Positions 39,557 through 51,368 of a stretch of 64,000 nt of DNA are shown one piece after another (position 1 is the first letter of the stretch; each line of letters begins with the position of its first letter). Below the pieces are notes generated by a model. That model did no database searches, was not told the DNA's origin, and was given only the letters and a program-made list of their open reading frames with translations. Where the stretch lies: the NCBI GenBank assembly GCA_003971905.1, contig RSEE01000058.1:248001-312000 (forward strand), written 5' to 3'. Position numbers and translations under genes: made by a program. This DNA comes from Moniliella sp. 'wahieum'. Taxonomy: Eukaryota.

Positions 39557-40484
39557 GGCGTGGTCGTGTGCGGCGCAGCGCCAGCGACCGTCGGCGGTGG
39601 TGGTGGTGGTGGGGGCGGCGGCGGCGGCGGTGGTGGAGGCGCTCGCTCGACGGAGTGGCAGGCCGCATGCATCATGCATCAGGCGTGGTGCATGATGGGT
39701 GAGCGATGCTGGGCGCTGGAGTACTAGAGTACTCCGACTGAGCATTGAAGCATCACCCGCTGAGGGGGCGTGCGGTGGGTGACGCTGACGTGGCCACCAC
39801 ACGATGATAAGAGCCCCGGCCGCTCGGGCGGTCGTCTGAGGCCCGACGATCACGCCGGCCACGGCCCAGCTCAGCCGGAGCTCAGGCGCAGGGCTGACGG
39901 AGACCACCCGCCGTTCCCCATGCTCAACACCAGTGCACCAGCACACCAAAGTTATATACTAGCTGAGGGATTTTGTGCGCAGATTGCCTGGGGGGGTCGC
40001 TCGAAATGTCGTCCCAAGGGACAGATCCTTCAGTTCAACGTTCATCGACATCCATCGTCAATCGTCTTTAACATTTCCCCATTCCTTCCGTGCGCCTGAA
40101 CGATCATTCGGATCTTGAGGTCGATCTAAGGGAACGAGCGCGTGGGCTACACCACGCCAACAGGGGGAAAAGGAGAGTCGTATTGAATACACGGTAGGGG
40201 GGGCAGAAAAAAATGCACTTCTCACTGACGTCACAGCAGTGTGTTGAGATTGAGGAGGTCTGAGAAATAAAAGCTGGTAAATGCCTCCGCCCAGGAGCGA
40301 CGGTTCAACGATAAACGTTAAACAAACAATATATACTGGTGTAGCCAATAAACCCAGAGTAAACCCCTCCCACGAAGCAGTCTCCCACTGAATCGATCAA
40401 CAAACCGGACCAACATCCACAACATCCACAACCACAACAGCAACAACCACACCAACCACGACCGCGCCAACAACAAAAAAAATG

Positions 40485-40569
40485 CGCCCCACGTGGGACT
40501 CGAACCCACAACCGTGAGATGGACCTATTGGGTAAGAGTCTCAAATTCTACCGATTGAAATAGCGAGGC
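40485..40569 (-). tRNA. tRNA-Lys(CTT) with 12-nt intron (40521-40532)
   Basis: GCCTCGC TA TTTC AATCGGTA GAAT T TGAGA CT CTT A [intron] A TCTCA CGGTT GTGGG TTCGAGT CCCAC GTGGGGC G; oligo-T terminator at 40475-40482. Confidence 0.93.
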
Positions 40570-41389
40570 GGACAAGCACTGATGCAAGGCATCGGGAAGC
40601 GATGCGACCATGCTCGTTGCGCGACTGGGGGTGCACGGACACTACGCTTTAAACAGTACGGGGATTGGGGACCAGAACAAGGTTGGGGAAAAGGGAGGGG
40701 GGAAAGAGAGGGGGAAAAGGGAATAGGGGAAGGGGGAAGGGGGTGGTAACCGGCAACTCAGCGCAAAAGTTGAATACACCAAATCGAGAGAGAAAGGAGC
40801 AAAAGTACCGAACCGAGGAGCCCATGCAGCCCAACCCGCCGTGGGGACCGAGAGGACAAGCAAACTAAGCTTCCTGACGAGATACAGTACCAGTACCAGT
40901 ACCAGTACCAGTACCAGCAGGATGAGTACGCTCAAGTTAGTTGGTCGGTACGATGCCCTGCTTGCCGAGCCGGGCCAACTTTTCCATAATACGCTTCCGC
41001 GGCGCGCCGAGGGGAGCGGGGGCGAAGGTGCAGCCAAGCTGCCGAGGGAGTGGGCGCAGTGGTGGAGGCAGGAGCCGGAGCAGGAGCAGGAGGAGCAGGG
41101 GCCGTAGGGGCACGAAGGATCGGCGCAGAGGGCAAGGTGGAAACGGTGACTGTTCCAGGGGTGGAACTGGTTTGGGAGACGGGGGGGTTGGAGGGAGGAG
41201 AAGGGGGAGCAGGGGAGTGGGAAAGAACCAGAGGAAGAGGAGCGGGGACGTGCGGCGACAAGCTGAACAGGGGAAGAAGTACTTGCTTTCATTCCGAGCT
41301 GGAGCACGGGAGGCGAAGGGTCAGGCTGCATTGAGGGTGGGTTGGGTTTGGGTTTGGGTTGGGTCTGGGTGGGCACGTCGGGAGGAGGA

Positions 41390-42107
41390 CTAACGCAGGC
41401 CACCGTACAGAGTAAAGCGTCGCATAGACTTGCGTTTATCGCTTCTTGTCTTTTTGCGTCCAATGGATGACCAGTCGCGTTCGGGCAAGGGACTGGCACT
41501 GGCCGCGTTGACGGCCGGCGTCCAGGTAGAGCCCAAACCTTCGGAGGACGGGGTGGGGGAAACGCGTCGGCCGCCACGTAGGATGGCTTCCATGTCCCAT
41601 GCTGACGAGGCGGCCGAGTCGAGGTTGCCTGGGCCGTAGGGGCGTGTTCGGACCGCATAGGATTCGCCCTCGGGCGTAGCAAAGTCCTGCCACGGCTCTG
41701 GGTTGACGCCCCACAGATCGGTGTGCTTGGATTTCTTGGAAGCGTGGGGCAGGCGCGACGTAGCCAGGGCGGTGGAACCCGTTGCATTGTCGTATTCGGC
41801 GGCAGGGCTGACGGGAAGGTAAGGGTCGAGGCAGGCGGGGTGGTGTGCAGATCGGACCCAAACGCGCGCACAGGCGGGCGTCGGCACGATTGCGGTGGGG
41901 CGTGAGGGCGTCGTAGGGCGAGTCGTGGGGACGTGGCCGCCCTCGGCAGTGAAGGGTGCGTCGAGGGCATCGATGACGTCGTAGGCCCTGGGGGCGGTTC
42001 GAGCGGGAGGGCAGGAGGGGGTGGGAAAAAGGCGAGGGGTTGCAGCGGCGTCGGCCCGGGGACTGGCGGTGGGGCCCGGGTTGACGATGGTTCATGGCGG
42101 CCAGCAT
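41390..42107 (-). CDS. PAL1: Pal1-family cell morphology / early endocytic protein, short and divergent; indels
   Basis: DVIDALD...HDSPYDALTPHRNR...PVRAF resembles the Pal1 motif DxIDxLD...HHDGPFDACxPxRN; later LWGVNPEPWQDF and ASSAWDME. Confidence 0.72.
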
Positions 42108-43833
42108 GGCGCGGGCAGAGGGAGGGAGGGGGGGGGGGGCTGGTGGTGGTTGGTGGTGGTGTGGTGGTGGGAGGGTTGGGGGGGGCAGCTGGGAGGCGGC
42201 GAAGACGGGGAGGAGGACAGGGGCGAGGTGCGGGGGCGCGGGAGCACGTGTGGTGTGGCGCAGTGCGGGGCTCGCTGTGCCGTTGCCCCAAGTCCGAAGA
42301 AGCACACCCGAGGGCTGTCCTGGCAGAAGAGCGCCAGTGCGCCAGTGCGCCAGTGCCCAAATGCAGACGCTCGGCTGGCACCTCGGTTGGCGCACCAGCT
42401 GGCGGCTGCAAGCCTGCACGCCTGCAGCCTGCATGCCAGCCGCCTGTGTGTGCTGTGGCGGGCCGCTGCGTTTGGCGGTCGCCCAACACGCCGCGCGCAC
42501 GCCCACTGTCCCCCGGCGCTGGCGCTCGGCGGCGCGCACGGGGCCAGTCTGCCACGGAGGCCTGCCAGCTGGGGTACGCGCGGGGAGGCAGGTGGCCGAC
42601 TGGCGCTGTGCCGGGCGCACTCTGCGCATCCCACACAGGCGAACCGAGCCGGAGCGCGTAGGCTCGGCGCACAGGACCAGTGTCCACTACGGATCGACGT
42701 CGGTTCGCTGCAAGCCGGGTGGCTGGCCTCTGCTTGGGCAGCGCTACGCAGCCTAACCACACGCGGCTCGCCAGCGCCCTGGGACGAAAGTCTGGCCATC
42801 GCGCTTGGAGCTCTACTTGGGAATGCAGAATGGGCCATCCAGCTGGTAGACGCTCTGGTACCTCGGGTAGCCACCACCCCCAACATTCCCTCGAGTCATA
42901 AACCATCCCTCCACACTTTACTACGTTCATTAATCATTGGGCCCCCAAACGCCCCTTCTGGACCACATCCGTGCCTTATTCACATGTCACAAATCGAGAT
43001 GACACTGCGGGGCGTGTCAGCGTCAGCGTCCAGCGGGAGATCTTTCTGACTCTGGAAGCTTGGCGCTTGTTGAGCCTTGCGCGTGTGACGCATTGAGACG
43101 CAACCTTGTAGAGCTGATACGCTGATGCGCTGATGCGCCCGTGGGCGTTGGGAGGAACACGATGTGGCGCACCAGGCCCAACCAGGTGGCTATACCGTAG
43201 CGTTGTACATAGATGGAACTAGGGACTAGGCAGGCACCTTGTGTGTTGTGTCAAAACAGGACATGTGACTTGTGACGCGTGACGCGTCAGCGTGATGCGT
43301 AACTGGCTCTTTGGGTCGGTATATTTCAGTGGCGTCGGTTACCGCTTACCGGTTCCCGGTTACTGGGTACCGGTTATCTTATGACTTGCCCGGTTCCTTC
43401 CGGAGCCTCGAGTCCCGGTACACGCTGCAGTTCTTCGCAGTCTATCGCCAGTCCTTCGCCTTTTAAATTTTAACAAGCTTTTGGGACCACACTGGAATCT
43501 ACTCGAGTCCATGTCGCGCCGATACACCCACGTTTTCACCAAGGAAATGTTCCCACTTTTCAATACCAAACGTACACTTTTGCTTGCTCCCTCTTCGTCT
43601 CTCCCCAACGTCCAACAACAATAACCTGTCTGTCGCTGAAGCTTGAAGTGGCCCTAGTGGATCCTCGCGCGTTCCCTCTGTCGCATGTTGTCACATGTCA
43701 TGCATGTCACTAGTAAAGTGCTCCTCAGCACACTCAGCCACGGCCGTTCGCTGGTCTCCTATGCTGCTATACCCCCCCCATCCTCCCCCTTGCTGCTGTC
43801 CCCGCACATCACCATCTGCATCACCAAAGTAGC

Positions 43834-43923
43834 AGGCCAGATAACTTATTAATGACTGTCCTGATGTCAGTGATTTACGCTGGCCTATAGCAAGCCTACT
43901 TGGCGTGATAACAGACAAGTGGC
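43834..43923 (+). ncRNA. Candidate H/ACA snoRNA hairpin with pocket complementary to 18S rRNA UAAAUCAGUUAU
   Basis: Lower stem AGGCCAG/CTGGCCT, pocket ATAACT (43841-43846) and TTTA (43874-43877), upper stem, then H-box-like ATAGCA (43887-43892). Canonical second hairpin and ACA box not established. Confidence 0.4.
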
Positions 43924-44239
43924 GCAGCACTCCGGCTGCCGGAGCGCGAGTGTCGTCCGGCAGGCAGGTGTGCTGGTAGACTTGAACGTTCAAGCTTCAA
44001 GATCCATGTCACTAAGCTTGCGCAGAGTACTGGCCCAATAAGCTTGCCTAGGCCGCGTTTTCGCATCGGGTTTACTGGCTGTATCACTCCTTAATCCTTG
44101 CCCTTGCTCAGCTTGCTCGCCTGCCCCACCACTTCCCTCTTCCCTCTTCCTCTTATCTTTCTCACTCTTTCCCTCTTCTCTCTTTGATCCTACTGAGACG
44201 CATGGGCTGACTTGGCGCGCACGGGCCTACGTCCGCCAG

Positions 44240-44824
44240 GCCCTCTAGACACGCAGGAGAGCAGCGCTTGTCCCTTACCTCACCTCAGCCATCGTGACCA
44301 TCGCCACCGCCTGTCTTCCCGTACAAGGGGAGGGGGGGCGGACGAGCCCGCCGCGCCATGGGGGGGGAGGATTGGTCGCATGGTTCGACCGGGGGAGCGA
44401 GGGCTTGCAGTGCATGCTCCCGCTCGATGACACGCGCTCCACGAGGCTCGGTCAATCGGTGGTCGACCGGGGACGATCGAGTGGGGGGGGGCGGTCGGGC
44501 GTGGCTCGCACCAAAGGTGGTCGGACGACGATGGCAGGCGGGGCGGGCTGGGTGTGCGGACGGACCGCTCAGCTACGCCGAGGGGGTTCAGCAGCACGAA
44601 TGGGCCCGGTAGCAGGAGTCGGTCGACCGGGAGCAGGAGCGGGAGCAGGAGCAGGCAAGAGCAACATGAGTGAGCAATGGACGGGGTCGTTGCGCAAGGC
44701 GGCGTCGGCGTGTTTGTGGCGAGGTGGGACGGGTTCCTTGTGGGCGGCGGGTAGGATGTGTTTGGGGCGGCGCCGCAGCGCAAGAAGAAGATGTATCAGT
44801 GGTGCTACGGGCGAATTGCAGTGA
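44240..44824 (+). CDS. Possible spliced exon of an unidentified gene
   Basis: Pyrimidine tract, GCTGAC (44206) and CAG (44239) form an acceptor; downstream frames give helical-looking peptides (LVPYLTSAIVTIATACL; WTGSLRKAASACL). No donor or start identified. Confidence 0.3.
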
Positions 44825-45178
44825 GGGGTGGTTCTGAGAGCAGCAGGAGCAAAAGAGAAGAAAGAAAGAAGGCGCCGATACGACGGGCGAGTATAATTCC
44901 GACTGTAACATGTAATGGTCGGCGCTCGGCAGCTGCTCTGCCCGCCGCCGCCCCAACCTTGCTGCCCCCGCACTGTCCCCCAGCCCCACACTGGGCCAGT
45001 GCCCTCCCTCTTCCGCCTGACCGGCTACCCGCGGCCCGGCCCCATGCCTCGCTCCAAGCTCCACCCCTTAAAGTAGTCGACCCCAAGCACCCACTTGGCT
45101 CTGTGTCCATCCCACGGCCCTCGACCCACCTTTACATCTACCGCCACCACCACCTCCTCCTCCTCCACCTCCTCCACC

Positions 45179-47109
45179 ATGCGTGCCATGCTATCTATCC
45201 TGCGCCCCACGCGCCTCGCCTTCGGTCCTGCCGCCACAGCGATCCGAGGGAGCGTACGCGCCTTGTCCACCTCGCCCTCGTCCTGCTTTGATGCGCTGGC
45301 CTCTGTCCTGCCCGACACGGTTGACCGTCTGGCGCCGAGCTTCCAGGCGAACAAACAAGACATGGACCGACTTGTCAGCGAGTACGATGCCACCCTCGCT
45401 GCCATCTCGCTTGGCGGGTCGGAAAAGGCCAGGGCAAAACATGTCAAGCGAGGCAAGTTGTTGCCTCGGGAACGGTACGTTTCTATCTATCTTGTTTACT
45501 GCCTGCCTCCTCCTCCTATAACCCCCCCCCCCTTCCCTGCTAAAACACAAATCTACGAGGATGGTGGTATCCTAGGGCCAACGCGCTAACCCTTTCGCTA
45601 CCATTCCCGTTATCCATTACCGGTTCACATACTGTGTCACGTCGATTGTTGTGCGTAGCATTGCCCGCCTTCTGGATCCTGGTTCACCGTTCCTGGAGCT
45701 ATCGCCCTTGGCCGGGCACGAAGTGTACCCTGGGGAATCCGTTCCGGCCGCAGGGGTGATCACGGGGGTCGGGCAAGTGCGCGGGGTAGCGTGTATGGTA
45801 GTGGCGAACGATCCGACGGTGAAAGGTGGAGCGTACTACCCACTGTCAGTCAAGAAGCATTTACGTGCGCAAGCGATTGCGCGAGAAAACCGGTTACCGT
45901 GCGTGTACCTCAACGAGAGTGGTGGGGCAGCGTTACCGTACCAAGCCGAGGTGTTTCCGGACGAACAACACTTTGGAGCGATTTTTTACAATATGGCTCA
46001 ACTTTCGGCGCGGGCATTCCGCAAATTTCCGTCGTACACGGTATGAGTGTTGCGGGGGGCGCGTACGTGCCTGCAATGGCGGACGAAACGATCATTGTGC
46101 GTCGACAGGGACATATTTACCTTGCGGGTCCGCCGTTGGTCAAGGCGGCGTTGGGCGAGGTGGTGGACGACGAAGCGTTGGGCGGGGGGGAGATGCATAC
46201 GTCCGTCAGTGGGGTAGCGGATCATTTGGCGTGGGACGATGGTCATGCGATCGTCTTGGCTCGGGAAGCGGTGGGTCACCTCGGTCTGGCCGGTGTGGAG
46301 GCGACGACTGCGGCGCCCTATGCCAGTGAACCCCCGCTGTACCCGATGGAAGACTTGCATGGCATCGTATCGAGCAACTTGCGACAACCATTTGATGTGC
46401 GCAGTGTGATTGCCCGTTTGGTCGATGGCAGTCGCCTGCACGAGTTTAAAAAGGCGTATGGCACCACGCTCGTTACGGGGTTTGCGAGGCTGGGCGGGTA
46501 CCCGATTGGGATTGTGGGCAACAATGGGGTGCTGGTGAGTGAGAGTGCCAAGAAAGCGACATCGTTTATCCAGCTGTGCAACCAACGTCAAATCCCGCTC
46601 TTGTTCCTGGTCAACGTTACGGGCTACATGGTGGGCGAGGCAGCCGAACGGGGGGGCATCGCTAAAGATGGCGCCAAGATGGTCCGGGCTGTGGCAACGG
46701 CCGACGTGCCCAAGTTGACTGTCAACATTGGTTCGTCCTATGGTGCTGGGACGTACGGGATGGCAGGACGTGCGTACCGGCCTCGGTTCCTCTTTTCCTG
46801 GCCCAATGCCCGGACGAGCGTGATGGGAGGCGAGCGAGCAGTTAAGCCAAGTGATGCAGACGGTCAGTTCGAATGCAGCCGCTGCGGCGGGACTCAAGGA
46901 CCAGATTGATCGCGAGAGTCAAGCGCGGTATGGATCGGCACGGTTGTGGGACGACGGGATGATTCGGCCGCAAGATACGCGCTCGGTTCTTACGCTCGCC
47001 TTGGCTGTGGCAGAACAAGGGCGCGCGCGGAGCAGGCACTATGGCAGTGGCGATCGTCACCCAGCGTGGGATGGGAACGGGTATGCTGGAGGGGGTGTAC
47101 CGGATCTGA
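45179..47109 (+). CDS. MCCC2: 3-methylcrotonyl-CoA carboxylase beta subunit, mitochondrial; intron 45475-45658; indels
   Basis: Presequence; [82 protein letters not shown]; shifted-frame C-terminus GVYRI* (TGA 47107-47109) matches the usual GVFRM*. Confidence 0.96.
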
Positions 47110-47662
47110 ACGCGCAAACTGTCGTGCAAACGTAAGACAGGACGAGGAGGTCAACCACCTCGCGTTACTAACCTGAAGAGGATTTGTTCGCGTCGATCGC
47201 ACGTTCCATGTATTGAAATAGTCCATGAAGCAATCACAATTCAGACGAGTCGGGGGTATAGCAGCAAGTTCGCTTTCCTAGCTGTCAAAAGTATAAACCC
47301 TGGACGAAAGCAAAGCAAGACAAGACGAGAAAACGACGATGGATCGGGTGAAACTTGGTCCTCGACTCTATAGTACCACCTGCAAAGGTAGTACTGTTAG
47401 CGGCGTAGCGATTAGCGCACTTATCCCCCACACCCATCCTAAACTGCCGTACATCTTGCCGGCCTAGTAGCTCCACCTATTCCCAACGTTCACGCACGTA
47501 GTGTGAGATATGAGCTGTAACCAAACCCAACACACTGGGGGGGCTCGTTCGTACTTCAATTCTGAGCCATCGTAAGTAGTACATAGGTGCGCACTAGTAG
47601 GACAAGGTTCTACTCGTGCTGCAATTCCAGTGGCGTCGCACCTCAGGCCTGAGCCTCAGGCA

Positions 47663-49243
47663 TCATGCATCACGTCCCCCTCTGCAACGGGGGACGACAT
47701 CCAAGAGCCACCAGGACGCGAATCCCGTGACCAAAATGGCCGATCCGATCGTCGGGCCCATCCAGCTCGGAACGGGGGTAGGATGTTGTGCAGGCGCCCA
47801 AGGGGCAAGGACCAAACCGAGGCTGATCAAGCCGAATATAGCCGCTGCCCAAGTAGGCGCGACAAAGTGATCTTGATCTTGTTTCCTCCTCAGTGGTTCT
47901 TCTTCTGCGCAGGAGGATGCGGGGCTAGGTTCAGCTGCGACGTCGCACGGTCGGCGACGGATAAAGTACAGTCCGATAGTGACAGCTAAGAAGAAGGCAG
48001 AGATAGTGTACCCTTCCACGTCTAGGATTAGGCCATACGCCACTGGTCCCGCAGGAAGGAGGAGTAAGTAGCTAGCTGATGCAGCCCAGTGAGTGGCCAG
48101 TGCCGCGGCCGGGGCGCCGTGGGGCCAAGTGGATAACAAGATCTTTGGAGCAGTTCCGTCGGCACCTAGTTCGCGTAAAACCCGGCTAGCGGCAAACGAG
48201 ACGTTGAGCAGTACACCCAGGGCCGAGACGGCGACAGCGGCGGAAACGCCACGTTGGGCCGCGGGACCAGCGATCGTATTGGCAAACTGGGCGGCGACGG
48301 CGATCGTCTGTTTCAGTTGGTCGGTCGGGATGGCACTGGCGTACGCTACGTTGACCAGGAGGTACAAGCTCGTGCATAGGCCCAGTCCACCCACTGATGC
48401 CCAAACGATCGTCCGACGAGCATCGCGCATTTCGCCAGCAATGTATGCGGCCGAGTTCCAGCCGGCATAGGCGTTGAAGGTACGGAACAAGGCGGATGTC
48501 CAGAGCGAAGGGGCGGTAGCCGTGCCCACCCAAAGTGTAGACCACTGTAAGTTTTTCGACGGGTCCTGCACACGAGTGTGGCCGGTCAAAACGGCGATGC
48601 CAGCGACGACGATCCCAGAGAGAATGGCGACTTTGAGAGCGGCGACCGAGTCCATGAGTCGGACGCCCCAGCGCGGAGCGAGCGAGTGGAGCAAGATCAC
48701 ACTGCTCAGCGCGCCGAGCGCGACCAACTTGTGTTGCCACGCAGACATGTGTGCGCCAAAGGCAGCTTCTACGTTGGTAGCCAAGATAATCGCCGTGGAC
48801 GGGGTGCCAGGGATGAGGAGGGCGCGAATGGCAAATACACGTGCGGCCATTCTGCGCGGCCAAGGATACGCTCGTTGCAGATACACTTTTTCCCCGCCAT
48901 TTTGGGGGAACCGAGTGGCCCATTCGAGCCAGACAAACAGCCCACAGAACGCGCCCACGCCACCCACCAGCCAACAGAGCAACGCCCCGCCCAACGAGCC
49001 GACCGACGCGACGATCGGGCCGGGCGTGCTGAAGATGCCGGTACCAATGATGCGGCCGACAACGAGGGCAAGCGCGCTCCCGAGGCCAAGGGTCTCGGTG
49101 GGCCGATGCGGCACGATCGGTACGTCTGACCCGGCCGCATCGCCCACCGTGGTGGGGGGCGTGACGGCCACGGCACCATACCGATTTGGATACCGCCCAG
49201 GCGGCTTGGTGTGCAGCGGAGCCTGCTCGTCGGGCGACGCCAT
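47663..49243 (-). CDS. APC-superfamily amino-acid permease, Mup1-like (LAT family); intact ORF
   Basis: About 12 hydrophobic segments; GRIIGTGIFSTPG, WLEWATRFPQNGGEKVYL, AYAGWN, LYLLVNVAY. Confidence 0.9.
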   Translation of the reverse strand: MASPDEQAPLHTKPPGRYPNRYGAVAVTPPTTVGDAAGSDVPIVPHRPTETLGLGSALALVVGRIIGTGIFSTPGPIVASVGSLGGALLCWLVGGVGAFCGLFVWLEWATRFPQNGGEKVYLQRAYPWPRRMAARVFAIRALLIPGTPSTAIILATNVEAAFGAHMSAWQHKLVALGALSSVILLHSLAPRWGVRLMDSVAALKVAILSGIVVAGIAVLTGHTRVQDPSKNLQWSTLWVGTATAPSLWTSALFRTFNAYAGWNSAAYIAGEMRDARRTIVWASVGGLGLCTSLYLLVNVAYASAIPTDQLKQTIAVAAQFANTIAGPAAQRGVSAAVAVSALGVLLNVSFAASRVLRELGADGTAPKILLSTWPHGAPAAALATHWAASASYLLLLPAGPVAYGLILDVEGYTISAFFLAVTIGLYFIRRRPCDVAAEPSPASSCAEEEPLRRKQDQDHFVAPTWAAAIFGLISLGLVLAPWAPAQHPTPVPSWMGPTIGSAILVTGFASWWLLDVVPRCRGGRDA

Positions 49244-49454
49244 GGCGGTGGGATGGGGAAGGAGGCGTGCGGGAGGGAGCGGGGATGGTGTTGGTGTGGG
49301 CGACGGGAGGGGCGAGACAGGAGAAGACAGGAGAAGCGGTGGGTGGCCATCAGCCATCAGCCTGATGCGTCGCCATGGCTAATCAAGGCGTGCTTCCGAC
49401 GGCGATCGATTGATAAGACCCAAGGGTGAACAATTGAAAGCGGAGCAAAAAAAG

Positions 49455-49549
49455 TGACTACGCCCAGAATCGAACTGAGAATAACAGAGCTCAGGAGCTG
49501 TACGATCGTGAGGCCACAATCTGTCGTGATACCTTTTCACCACGTAATC
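49455..49549 (-). tRNA. tRNA-His(GTG) with 24-nt intron (49490-49513)
   Basis: GATTACG TG GTGA AAAGGTA TCAC G ACAGA TT GTG G [intron] C TCTGT TATT CTCAG TTCGATT CTGGG CGTAGTC A; all stems pair; oligo-T terminator at 49447-49453. Confidence 0.92.
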
Positions 49550-50101
49550 CTTGCGTCAGGCTTTTGTCTGTCGGCCAAGGCAAGACAGGAGATGGCTGTG
49601 CGATGCGATGCGAACGCCTGCGGCTGCGTGGCCTTGACACAACACCAGCCCTGCCCCTGGACAATAGATTGGGTGGCAAGTGGATGAGCGATGAGCAAAG
49701 CAGCTGGAAGCTTCAAGCGCGGGGGCACAGATTGGGCCAGTCCTGAGCTGAGCACTCTTGACGGAGCCAGCAATGCTGGGGTGCATTGGTGGATGGACAC
49801 TTATCGATTTAGTGATTATCAATTGCGACCCGCAGCTATCGATTACCGCAGCGGCTGACGTCAGGGGGTGTGGCAGCAGACTGGGGCGGAATGGGCGCGG
49901 GGCGCGGGGCGGAAGGCGGCGGTCTGTGCGCCTGGGTACGGGGGCAGTGTGCGTGGCTGCTGCGCTGGCTGTGGCTAGCTGAGGCTGCGCTGAGCCTGAG
50001 CGCTCACCAGGCGGGCGCTGGTGCTGCCTCGTCTCTCTCCTCTCCCCCACCATCTGGAGTAGACTGCTAGTCCTCCCCCTTGCCGTTTCCCCGTCCCCGC
50101 C

Positions 50102-51368
50102 ATGCCGCCGCAAGTCTTCCACCTGTCCTTCAGCCCGCTCACCGCGCACGCATTCAATGCCGACCGGAGCCGCGTGGCCGTGTGCGAGAACACGAGCGAC
50201 GTGGTGATCTACCGTCGTGCGTCGACGGCGAGTGGGTGGGAACGCGAAGCGACGTTGACGGAGCACGATAAGCTCGTTACGTCCATTGACTGGGCACCCG
50301 TATCGGACCGTCTGGTGACGTGTTCCCAAGACCGCAATGCGTACGTGTGGCAGCAAGTTGGTGGTGAGTGGCAGCCGACGTTGGTGCTACTGCGCATCAA
50401 TCGGGCAGCGACGATGGTGCGTTGGTCGCCTAAGGAAGATAAGTTTGCCGTTGCGACAGGTGCGCGCGTAGTGGCCATCTGTTCGTTTGAAGAGGACAAC
50501 GATTGGTGGGTTGCCAAGCACCTGAAGAAACCGTTACGCAGCACGGTGCTGTCCTTGGACTGGCACCCGAACAATGTCTTGCTCGTCACGGGCAGTGCGG
50601 ATATGCGTACGCGCGTCTTTTCTGCCTTTATCAAGGGTGTGGATGCGCGTCCGGCAGCCAGTGTGTGGGGCGAACGGTTGCCCTTTGGCACGCTGTGCGG
50701 TGAGTTCGCCACCCCAGCTGGCGGCTGCGGAGGGTGCATGGAGTCGCATTTAGTCCGTCGGGTAACGCGATTGCGTTTGTGGGTCACGACGCGAGCTTGA
50801 CGGTGGTGTACCCTTCTGGACCGGACAGTGCGCCGCACGCAGTGCACACGTTACGTTTCCCCACCCTGCCGCACGTGGCACTCACGTTTATCCGGGAAGA
50901 TGCGCTGGTGGCAGCGGGCCATGGGTGCCAGCCCATCCTATTTGAAGGCTCGGTGGAAGGATGGAAAGCGTCCAAGACGTTAGATGCGGCAGGTGCGTTG
51001 GCTGGTAAAGCTCCGCCTCCGCCTCCGCCTCCGAAACCGTCGGGTCTGGCCTCGGGCGGCGTCGGACGACTGAACACGGCTGCCTTTCGGTTCCGCGCCG
51101 CTGACGTCCAGGGCACCCCGACCCCCGGTAGTGGCGCTGCGGCTTCGGCTGGCGCGCTGCGGTTGGGCGCCGTGCCAGGTGCGAGTGTCGGTGCCGATGG
51201 CGAGTTGCACACCACCACCAGAACACCATTACTTCTGTTCGTCCCTACGAGGGGGAGCCGGGCAACGTGACGGCCGTCTCGACCTCGGGCGTGGACGGGC
51301 GTCTGTGTGTGTTCCCGACCAACGCCGGTGCGCCGCTGAGCAAGGCGTTCCAAGGTCTGCGGATCTAA
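50102..51368 (+). CDS. ARC40: Arp2/3 complex subunit 1 (ARPC1/Arc40, WD40); indels
   Basis: HAFNADRS, HDKLVTSIDWAP, VTCSQDRNAYVW, PTLVLLRINRAAT, DWWVAKHLKKPLRSTVLSLDWHPN, WGERLPFG, HQNTITSVR, STSGVDG; stop TAA 51366-51368. Confidence 0.97.

Noticed and set aside
40642..42930. 762-aa ORF on the minus strand, and similar long Pro/Arg/Gly-rich ORFs such as 1784-2935
   Set aside because: Shadow ORFs of GC-rich DNA; they overlap real genes in other frames and have no coherent domain of their own.
44240..44824. Ornithine decarboxylase antizyme, TAF6 or transportin fragment
   Set aside because: Only vague resemblance; no antizyme ORF1 or frameshift site and no continuous match.
6476..44916. Identical 14-mer CTGTAACATGTAAT at 6476 and 44903
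   Set aside because: A few exact 14-mer repeats are expected by chance in 64 kb; at most a TGTA-type 3'-end signal.
47110..47135. Novel MCCC2 C-terminal extension (…[12 protein letters not shown])
   Set aside because: The adjacent frame gives the family-like ending GVYRI*, so the extension is probably an indel artefact.
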